Assembly (NCBI GenBank): GCA_037447605.1
Contig: CM074808.1
Coordinates: forward strand, 3,844,001 to 3,908,000
Direction: 5' to 3'
Source: Zygnema circumcarinatum SAG 698-1b
Lineage: Eukaryota > Plantae > Zygnematophyceae
Length of the DNA stretch: 64,000 nucleotides
The notes beneath the pieces are model-generated. The model saw nothing but the letters and a program-made list of their open reading frames with translations. It was not told the DNA's origin and searched no databases. The position numbers were made by a program, and so were the translations under genes. Below, piece by piece: positions 48,409 through 61,311 of this stretch. Each line of letters opens with the position of its first letter. The stretch's first letter is position 1.

Positions 48409-48442
<34 letters not shown>

Positions 48443-49451
48443 GTGGAAGTCATCTTATGTTGGGATTCAGAGGCGTTCCTGATGTGGGTTTTCTTGGGGG
48501 GGTCGGAATTTAGGGCTCTGACTGTTGGCACAGCCTTGCTTATGCCTTGTTTGTGTGATGCTTTTTAGTTTGTATGGTCCCTTTTCTTTGGTCCTTTGCG
48601 TGCATGTGATAGTTACGTACGTATTTTATCTGATGGTCCCATGTCCAATTTGCATTTGAATTGTGCAGCTACTCCTTGTAACGGAGGGATTCCCGACAAC
48701 ACATGTGGTGCGGGCACATGTGTGCCCACATCCGGTAACACGTCGTATATCTGCTCATGCCCGAGCGGCTATGTGGATGTTCCCAATACAGTCACAGGGG
48801 AACATGTATGCGCACTTGGTAAGCTCTCTCAAATCCAACATGAAATCCCCTATTCCGTTGCAGTTACAGTTCACGGCAACCGTAGCAATTGAAAGGGGTA
48901 GTCGGAGCTTTAGTCAGCTGTCCTTAGTGGATTTTTGGCTTGTGAGATTTGAGGTTATTGATTTTTGCCGTTGTTGTTTTTTGGGCTCATGCTGCAGTGG
49001 ACGTTTGCTTTTCGACTACTTACAACCCGTGCGGAGTTGGGAAGTAGGATCACTCTCCTTCTCCCTCTGTTCTCTGATGTTTGTATCAAAGGAAATGTTG
49101 CCTCCTTTCCTCCCTCCCCTCCTCCCTCCTTTTCCATGTCCTTCCTTTCTTTCCTTTAACTCTCTCCAGCTACTCCCCATTCTCAATCTCTTTCTTCACT
49201 TTCGCTCCAATCCCTCTCTCCCTATCCAGCTTTCCCCCCGTCTTTCCCCTCCCTCTCTAGCTTCCCCACCATCTTCCTCTCCCTCGCCAGCTTTCCCGCC
49301 ATCCCCCTAACCCTCTCCCTCCCCAGTTTTCCCCCATCTCAAGCTTTCCCCCCATCTCTCTCTCCCTCTTTTCCACTAGCTCCCCCATCTCCCTCCTCCT
49401 CCCTATCTTTCCTCCGCTTCCATCTCTCTCCCACTTCCCCCCTCCATCTCG

Positions 49452-49499
<48 letters not shown>

Positions 49500-49510
49500 T
49501 TCTCTCTTTC

Positions 49511-49569
<59 letters not shown>

Positions 49570-51159
49570 CTCTCTCTCTCCCTCTCAGCTCTTCCTCTGT
49601 GTGGTACGCAGATGCACCAACGACGGCTTGGGCAGCTACAGCTGTTCATGCCCCTCCGGCTTCTCCAGCTACGCCCGCAGCTCAGATGGAAGCCTGACTT
49701 GCGGCCCAGGTGAATGCCACAGAAAACCCTAATATCCATTATATATGTAAATATTTTAATAACCTATATGCTCCTCAAACATCACAAGTTGATGTTTTTA
49801 ACACCTCCGAGCGGCGTTTTACAGTTTTTTCACTGTAGAAATACTTTTTGGGTCAGTTGAGCATGTACAAATACTTGTGCCGGGAGGCATTTGGAGCTGA
49901 AGTGGAGATTTTTAGAGTTTTTAACGGTTCCATGTTCGCATGCGGTTCCGTGATTGTGTGCAGAGGACGGCCGCTCGCTTTCAATAGGGAACAACACATG
50001 GAACGTTACTGAAAACGGACAGACTTGTGCGGAAATTGAGGAGGCAACGGGACTCACAAATGAGCAGCTTTTAGCTTTAAATCCAGTAAGAACATGTTCA
50101 ATTGCTTGGGCATCATGTTGGGCTATGTTATACATTCTTTATATATTATATTTTGGACTGTAAAGATACTCATTTTTGCAAGTATTCTTTTCTGAGTAGT
50201 TGAGAAAATGCTTGAATCTGGAGCATGATTTCTTATTATGGGTTGTTTCTGCTATTAGTACTCTGCTTTTCCTTACTGGGGTGACTTTTCAATGCAGGGT
50301 CTGGAGTGTGTGGAGGGAGAAACATTGAAGCCGTTTGAAATTGTGGCAATCGGACCGGTTGCGATTACAAACGACTGTGCTGTCATATATTCCACCACAA
50401 AAGTAAGCCTTCAAAGAAAACAATCCTCTGTAATAATCATATATTCATCTTCAAATCCGTATTGTTTCGCATTTTTTTATTGAACATGGAAAAACTCCTG
50501 TATTCTGCTGCTTTTTTTTTCCTTTTTTGACATTTCCTCTACCTCCTGTCCTGACTCCACTCTCACTCCCTCCACCTCTCCTCGCTCCCTCTGTCCCCTT
50601 ATCATATTTGCAGACAGACACATGCAATTCTATCATAGATATGTTCAGTGTAGGCAGCACGGTGCTTACGACTTCCGGATTTGAAGCGCTGAATCCGACC
50701 AGCGGAATTGACTGCGGAGTTGGGACCTCAGCTGTGCCCGCAAACATTCCGGTGGGTCTCTCTCTCTCTCACTCTCTCTCTCATCTTTACTTCCCTCTCG
50801 CCCCCCACACTCCTCTTCCTCTTCAGCTGACTCCTCAGGATTTTGTAAACTGCAAGGGCCAATCAACCCCTACCTGCTCACAAGAAGTCGGACCAATATT
50901 TTCTTTAAAAACCATTTCAAACCCAGAATCTCGAAAAGTAAGAAACCTGAAGTCCCATATCTGTTAACTTTTCGAATTCTTTTTGCAGGTTTGCGTAGCC
51001 CCTGGAAACGTGAGTTTGGTGCAGGCCTGCGGACTGTACTACACGATTCCGGAGGACAAGGAAGTGTCCTGCAGCCTCCTGTACGAAAACACAACAACGC
51101 TCGACTTCTTTTCGCTAAACCCGGGAATCAACTGCGACAATTTGCTGCCCGGGCAGGAG
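42313..51159 (+). CDS. Secreted multidomain protein B, paralog of A: SP - CBM14-like x2 - papain C1A - PPGxGK linker - EGF x2 - LysM x3 (3-prime end unresolved)
   Basis: Exons 42313-42474 (signal-like, less certain), ~43404-43492, 44151-44634, 44841-44911, 45118-45283, 45594-45792, 46026-46279, 46498-46653, 46852-47155, 48148-48354, 48669-48818, 48998-49043, 49612-49709, 49964-50085, 50298-50402, 50614-50751, 50989-51159. Motifs VDWRNPDIMTPVKLQQAC|RACWAFS, THNLVVVGYG, YWLARNSWG. The terminal exon was not found; an N-gap lies at 51297-51306. Confidence 0.83.
45594..47155 (+). other. Papain-like (C1A) catalytic domain of gene B, 4 exons
   Basis: VDWR, QQACRACWAFS, LSVQQVLDC, TCDGGDP, HNLVVVGYG, RNSWGTEWGEAGYMRI. 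Confidence 0.93.
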
Positions 51160-52427
51160 GTGAGGATGAATTTGGTAGCAAGTTATAGGGGGGCGGGGAG
51201 AATAAGAAAGAGAGAAAAGGCAAAGCATTTGTTTACAGTGGTGCTCAGAACTATTTATTTCTGCCTCCTCCCTCTCCCTCTCCCTCTCCCCCTCCCNNNN
51301 NNNNNNGGGGGGGGGGGGGGGGGGGGGGGAGAGTGTCTAAGGTTGCATTGTTTCCACACTCAGGAAAGGATGTGGCTAAATAAGTTGAGGTGGGTTCTCT
51401 TGATGTTGGTATTTGGGGTATAGATCCTGAACCCTTGTGGCCTTGGGGCCTGAGAGGAGGGATAAGGGGGATGGGGGGAGGTAAGAGTGGGAGTGGGAGA
51501 GTTGGGTCTTTACGAAAGGTTGTGGGTTTGTTTAGTAAGTGAGGAGACGGAGAGAGAGGGAGACGAGAGGGAGACGAGAGGTGGGAGATTCAGCAGCAGG
51601 CAGTGTTCTAAGGAGCGGAGGTCGCTGTAGAGGTGTGTGAGAGAGAGAGAGGGAGAGAGGGAGAGTGAGAAAGGGTGTGCCTGATTATTTTTTTTCTCTT
51701 ATTTATACATTGTAGGGTGAATGACGCCAAATAAGGTTTCATGAAAAAATTCTAGTTTCAGATTTGCCTAGTTTGTATTTGGGCCCCGCCCTCCTTCCCT
51801 CCCGCCAGAAGTCAGCCAGTCAGGGCAGGAAATAAGGCAGAATTTCAGCAAAAATTGATGCTTAATCTGCTAGGTGGGGCAGGTTCTCTATTAGGCGCTG
51901 AGATTCTTTTCCACGATGACGTAATTTTCAACTTATTTTCCTACGCATTCTGTGTCCCCTTCCTGTTTCTATCGCTTTTTTTTTCCGCAGCATGTGCGTC
52001 TCTGATGTGCTGTTAAGGGATGAGGGTCTGCTGAAGTTATAGCGGCTGTCTTTTTTCCTCTCCCTCTTTTTCTTTTTTTTGTCTTACTTTAGGCGTCATT
52101 TTAGCATTCAAACACTCCACGCTGTGGAATAAGCAAAAAGGAAAAGAAGTGGTAAACATCTTAAGGAATTCACATTGCACGTGAAAGGGGATGTGACACC
52201 TACAATTGACCCACCCACAGATGATGTTTTCAGCGAGGAACTGTACACACAACGTAGAAACTAACCCTCCATAACATTCCAAACAAATATAAACAAAAAA
52301 TAAAAAGAAAGGGATAGTCCTAAACACGCCCTAGTCCTTCTAACAAAATTTGGGAAACATAACAGAAATTCCACAATTAAGTGTGCTGTCCCTTTTGAGC
52401 GAAGTCAAGTCTGCAGCTTCAAAGGGT

Positions 52428-55064
<2,637 letters not shown>

Positions 55065-55789
55065 GGGCGGGCTCTGGAGCTTGCGGGCTGCACGGGGGTT
55101 TAGGGTTTAGGGTTTAGGGTATTAGGTTTTTGGGGTTTGGTGGGTTTGGCAGGGAATTCGAGGGAGGGTGGCGAGGGTGGTTCTTTGGATGGCCGTTGAA
55201 CGGGATGTTAAACTGGCGGTCCTTTCCTTTGTAGCATGGAAAGGGGCAGTTCCGGCTTCACAGGGACTCTCTTCTTTCTTTGCCTTCTCTGACAGAGCAA
55301 TCCGAGATCTCTTCAATCCTTGAATTTTTTTTTTTTTTTTCCTTATCTCTTACGTTTCTTTCTTATTTTTTCGCAATTCAAGTGTATGGTCGCCAAAAGA
55401 GGCTGAAAATGTCAATCAAGCAAGCAAGGAAACAAACAGACAACAAACCGAACAGGAATGGAACATGGAGACAAAACAAAAATAAAAATTTAAAGAATCA
55501 GCGTTGGATCGCAATATTTAAGTGAACTCTTATTGCACTAACGAGCCCTCCCTTTGCCTTTAAACCGCCGACTCCTCCCTCCCTCCCATTCAAGGAGGGA
55601 GCGACGAATAAATAAGATCTCGCCTTCCCCACTTCGCCCCCGTAACATGCTGAACCCTAATTATGCCCAAAGCTTTACTGAACTTTTCAACACTCTCCCA
55701 TGTTAAACAAACTTTATGCCTAATACTACAACCACTAAAAGAAAAACGAAGAGCCACAGAGAGAGAGAGGGAGGGGGAGATAGAGCGAG

Positions 55790-55868
<79 letters not shown>

Positions 55869-55913
55869 AAGCGAGAGAGAGAGGTGTCCTAACTCCTTTC
55901 CGATTCACCCCAC

Positions 55914-58900
55914 TCAATGCACCACCTTCTCCACCTTCTCCTCTCCCACCTCCCCCATGTGATCGCTCGTGAACAAGTCCAAATTCTCCAACAAGTGCAC
56001 CACTTGAGCCATGGTCGGCCGGTCGGTCGGCTTCCTCGATGTGCACATGAGCCCAATCTTGAGCGCCCCCAAAAGTTGACCCTTCTCGTGTTCCGCCAAC
56101 TTCAGGTTCGGATCCACCGCATCCATCGCCGCTCTCTTGATCCACAACAGACTGACCCAAGCGGCCAATCCGGACTCGCCAATTGTCTTGTCTGTTGGGC
56201 GCCTACCTGTGAGCACTTGGAGGATCACAACTCCAAAAGCGTAAACATCACTTTTGGGAGTTAACCTCTTTTTGAGAACATACTCCGGAGCAAGGTAACC
56301 GACCGTTCCTGAAACCGCTGTTGACATGTGGGTTTTGGTGTCAATGTCGAGCTCCTTAGCAAGCCCAAAATCTGCAATTCTGGGCTCCATTTCACTCTCA
56401 AGCAGAATGTTGGCGGGTTTAATGTCGCGATGAATGACGGCTGGTTGACAGTCGTGATGAAGATATTTGAATCCGCGGGCAGCTCCAACAAGCACATAGT
56501 GCCGCATTTGCCAGTCCGAAAAAACTTTCTTCTGCCCGGTGAGGTAGCTGTCGAGGTCTCCTCCAGAAACAAACTCATAGATGAGAAGGGCCTCTTTTCT
56601 GCTGATATAGCTGCCAATCAGAGTCACCAGATTCCGGTGCCGCAGCTGCCCCAAAGTTTTTGTCTCTGCCCGAAGCTCCTTCAGGCCCTGCCCGCTGCCC
56701 GCTGCCAAACGTTTGATCGCCACTTCCAATTGGCCGTCTCCTATGGTCGCTCTGTGGAACAGAACGGAACAGAAACAGGACATGGAGCAACACTCCCAGT
56801 TAGCTTCCGAAAAGAAAAAGTTGAAGTGGAGCCCCAAAAAGGTCCTGAAGTCCTTTCAAATAAATAAATAAATTACCCAATGACAAATGAATTTTAGAAC
56901 ACTGAATCAGAGTGGGAGTTATCCTGTCTGAAGCCGCCCTCATATAGAAGCCCAAAATTCATACAAACTTGACCTCTGCACCTATTAAGCATGAAGCCCC
57001 TTCACTGCCTCATGCAACACAGATCAAAACCTTGCAAGCTCACAGAACTTTGAAACAGTTTAAACTATGAAAAAGATTCACTGTTGTACTGTGAACGTAC
57101 CGGTAAACCGAGCCGAACCCACCGACTCCCAACAGATTTGCATCGCTGAAGTTACCCGTTGCTTCCAAAATCGTTCGATAAGTCAAGGGGAATCCAATCT
57201 TGTGATATAAAACGAGCTCTCCCCCGTCCGGCCCATACTTCCGTATATGCCGGATCACGAAAAATGCAATGGCCAATAGGAAAATTCCACAGACCGCGCT
57301 TCCAATAGCGATTCCCACAATTGCAGCTGTTGACAGATTATGTGACGTGGGGCAGGAGGACAAGGGAAACCCACAAAGGGCAGAATTGTTCACATATGAG
57401 CTGCTCAAAAAATCCGTTAAATTTCCACCGGGCAGATGCCCAGACAAAAGATTGCTTGAAACGTTCAAAAATTCCAAATTTCTGAGACCAGCGAGTTCTG
57501 GGGGAAGAGTGCCGTTGAACTCGTTGTTGGAAATATCAAGGACCAAAAGGTTTGTCAGGTTGCCCAACTCGGCGGGCAGCTGCCCTGAAAGAGAATTTTC
57601 CTCGAGTTGAAGGTACTGCAAGCTCGTCAAATTGCCGATGGAGTTGGGGAGTGAGCCGGAGAGAGAGTTTGAGCTCAGATCAAGTGCTCTTAAATTTTGC
57701 AGCTGCCCGAGAAGAGGGGGGATGCCACCTGTCAGACTGTTCCTGGAGAGGTTTAAAGTGAACAAAGCAGAGTCGGATGAGAAGTTTGTCGGAAGACTTC
57801 CCCCAAAAAAGTTGTTTTCCAAGGACACCACCTTCAAACTTTTCATCTGCCCCAGCGTTTCGGGCAGCGTGCCATTCAACGAATTCTCGCCGAGATAGAC
57901 GTTATTGAGATAAGAAAGAGCACTGCTTCCTGCAGAGATTGGACCCGTTAACTGATTTGTCCTTAAATCTAAAGTTCGAAGGCTCGAACTGTTCAAGAGG
58001 GAAGGCGGAATTACTCCACTGAGCTTGTTATTGCTTATTCGAAGGTACGCGAGTTTCGTATAGTTTCCGAACTCCGTCGGAATCTCTCCTTCTAAGAAAT
58101 TATTGGAAAGGTCAACATTGACAATACTTTTACGGGGAAGGAAATTGGAGGGAATTTGGCCTGAGAGAGAGTTCCCTGAAGCGTTGAAGGTGGTAAAGCC
58201 CGGCGACTTCTGTCCAAATGCGGGAATACTTCCGTTGAACTGATTGTTCTGCAGCTCAACATCCTCCAGATATCCCAACTTAAGCATGCTTGGAATGGGC
58301 CCACTAAACTGATTATCAGAAATGAACACGCTCTTTAAGCTAATCGATCCGTTGAATATTCTCGGTCGTAACTGTCCAGAAAGCTGATTTGAAGCGAGGT
58401 TCAATTCCAAAGGGGCCCCAGCACTTGAGCAACAATCTGCCAAACTTGCAGGGATGTTTCCTGTCAAATCATTGAAACTGAGGTCCAGAACTGAAAGAGA
58501 ATTGAGCCCTGCGAAATCCACATTTATGGTTCCATTCAACGAATTAGAAGAAAGAGATAACAGCTCCAAGTAAGGGTAGTCAGAGAACTTCGGAACGGGT
58601 CCCTCCAACTTGTTGCCCGAAAGGTCGAGCGATGTCAGATTTCCCATAGAAGTTCCATACTGCGCCGGGATGATACCTGAGAACATGTTGTTGCTCAGAA
58701 CAACATTCGTCAAGAGCGACGGATTCACAAATTCAGGAAGGCTTCCAGTGAACTGGTTATAGGATAAATCGACGGATACGAGGGAGTTTAAGGTGCTAAA
58801 CACTGTCGAAATTGGGCCCGTCAGATTGGTATTGCCAAGCCAGAAAAGCTGAAGATTCACAAGCTTCGAAAACTCCGCTGGAACTGAACCCGACAATGTG

Positions 58901-59856
58901 TTCTCACTCAGAACTAGATTGGTCAGTCCAGTGCATTTGCTAAGCTCTGCGGGAATCGGTCCTTCAAAATTTGAAGAAAAGAGGGCCAAAGCGGAGAGTT
59001 TTGTGAGGTTGCCCAACTCGGTGGGCATCATAATGTTCCCGAAATCGGTATATGAGAGAGCGAGGACCGAAAGGTTGCTTAGTTTAGTGACTGAAAAGAG
59101 GAAATCTGCGGACCCCTGCAGCCTGTTTCCTGAGAGCCTCAAATCCTCCAAATGCGAGAGACTTGCAATAGATAGGGGAAGAACGCCTGTGAGATTGTTG
59201 TATCCCAAATTCAGCGTCGTCAACTTTGTCAGGTTCGCGACAGTCTCCGGAATGAACCCATTTAAGAGGTTACCTTCCAGATTCAAGCTTTCCAGGCTCG
59301 ACAAATTCCCAATATATTCCGGGATGCTGCCATTGAAAGAGTTTCCTGAAAGGTCGAGCGTTTTGAGCTGGTCTAGCAATAGCAACTCTACAGAAATAGG
59401 GCCTTCAAGACCGAAATCTGTAAGCTCCAGCATAGTCACTCTCCCTTTCGTGCAAGTCACCCCTGACCAAAGACATAAGTCCGAGACTGTAGAAGCAGTC
59501 CAATCCAAATACTCATCAGGATCCACCAAACTCTCCTTAAACTTTAACAGAGCGTTGGCATCTGCAACAGCTGCTGTAGTAGCAAGAATCCTCCTTATTC
59601 CTTCTTCTCCTGCAGAGTCGCTGGTCTCTCTCCCTCTCCCTCTCCCTCTCCCTCTCTCACTCCCTCCTCCTCCTAACTCCCTCTCCATCTTCTGGACCTC
59701 CCAACGCGCCCTCCCGCGCTCTCCCCCTTTCCTGCAACGACCTCCTCTCTCCCCTCCTCCGCCATGGCTGACTCTCCTCCCATCCGCCTGAGTGAGACCA
59801 GAAACGCAAATAATAGCAAGCAATGCTACAACAACCAGGACTGTCCTGCCTGACAT
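55914..59856 (-). CDS. LRR receptor-like kinase 2, ~1197 aa, about 28 LRRs in one exon, RD kinase with RPK2/TOAD2-like signature
   Basis: Exon 59856-57101 (signal MSGRTVLVVVALLAIICVSG, LRRNT W..SDLCLWSGVTC, LRRs, NNSALCG cap, TM AAIVGIAIGSAVCGIFLLAIAFFVI) spliced in phase 2 to 56751-55914 (AIKRL, HRDIKPAN, DFG, GTVGYLAPEY). Confidence 0.93.
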
Positions 59857-60336
59857 TATACGTCTGTTCTAGAGAGATATGGAACGAACGAGACAGAGAG
59901 AGAGAGAAAGAGAGAGAGAGAGAGGGGAGGGAGAAAAAGAAGGGCGGTGAAGCGGCAACCAACCCTAAGCTCGAAGGCGCACCACAACTACTCCAGAAAT
60001 CTCTAGAATGAAACAGAAGCCTTCAACCAACGCCTCTATATTCCGATATACTGTGCAGAAATTTTCCAAAAGCACCGTGTATTACCAACCAGAACTGCTC
60101 CTGCACTTTCACTTCCTCCCAAATGTCGCCTGCTTTGCTACATCCACCAAAACAGGCCTTACCGTAAACTCATGCACGAATGCAATAAACTGCACTCTTC
60201 ACCTTTCCTAAACCTCAATCAAATAACGCAAATAATTTTCCTGCAGGCCGACCCCCATGGCCTGCTCCTCTCCCTCCCTCCCCTTCTCGCCAACCTCCCC
60301 CCAGTCAAACCCTACTTGGACCTGCCTTCCTGCAGG

Positions 60337-60612
60337 CGTCACGTGACAGGCCGTGACGTAACATGGCGCCAAAGGAAGTACGGTACCGTCGAGGACCGTG
60401 TCATGTAATATGGCGTGACGTTTCGTGACGTGACGCCGCCGGCGTTGACGGCGGAGATCTCGAAACTGTGCCGGCCGGCAGAATTTTGGCGCCGCCGCCG
60501 GCGCCGCAGTCGGTGGATGTACAGACCAATCAGAGGGACCCCGAGAGTGGCGGGGGGGTGGACACGTGGAAAAGCGATGAGCTGGTGTGTACGAATTGCT
60601 CGGTGGCACGTG
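60337..60612. promoter_or_regulatory. Candidate bidirectional promoter core between LRR-RLK-2 and PUB-2
   Basis: Six TGACG half-sites (one on the reverse strand) in 60337-60450, CACGTG at 60340, 60563 and 60607, and CCAAT near 60526. Confidence 0.45.
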
Positions 60613-61016
60613 GTATCCCGTGGATCTCGGACGGTGGACGCCGAGGCGACAGGGCTTTTGGCGCGCAGCTAATCAATGGGGAAAGGGGGCGGCTCCCAGT
60701 TGATCCATGTGATCAACTGATCTTGAGTTGAACCGTGTGGTTATCGCGGAAGAGGAGGAGGATCCACTCTGCCGGTCGGCCGTTGCGGAGCCGGCGAGGC
60801 TGGCTGGTCGCGACGGGCAGACAAAAAAACGTTTTTTCGTTCTGACTGAAACAATGTAAAATGTTTTCCTTTCTCAAAATTAGGTGCTTTCGGGTTGGGA
60901 TGGAAAAAAAAAGTTAGAAAATAATTGCAACTTCGATCTTTATCCGGTTGGAAAGACGCCTATAAAGTTCCAAACCCTAAGAATGGCTTCGAGGGGATGG
61001 GGCTGGCGCGTGCAAG

Positions 61017-61178
61017 CATGGCATGGGGGGGCATGGCGGCATGCATGCATGCATGCACATGCCCTGCCATGGCGGCATGCGAATGCCAGTGATTGGCCAT
61101 GGCCATGGCCATGCGCAAGCGTGCCATGGCATGCATGAGGACCGCATGAGCTTGAAAGTCGAATGCCATGTCGCCATG
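61017..61178. repeat. CATG/RY-rich low-complexity tract upstream of the PUB-2 ATG
   Basis: 19 CATG counted, including catgcatgcatgcatgca. Confidence 0.7.
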
Positions 61179-61311
61179 GCTTGAAGCTTGCTTGCAGGAA
61201 TGCGGTACTTTATGTGGCGAGGTGACGATTAAGGTTTGGAGAGTATCTTTCTGGTTGTAATATCGTCTGGTTCAGGTCAGTTTTTAATTAATTTGTTTAT
61301 TCCTTGAAACC

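Larger units (their letters stand above)
14459..51306. other. Eight 10-N assembly gaps
   Basis: At 14459, 17543, 20299, 26426, 34193, 38892, 48399 and 51297, all inside G/C homopolymer or GA/CT tracts in introns. Confidence 0.98.

Noticed and set aside
51750-52010. Candidate last exon of gene B starting ICLV..
   Set aside because: Beyond the first residues it has no similarity to the terminal exon of A, so support is too weak; the true exon may lie in the 51297 gap.
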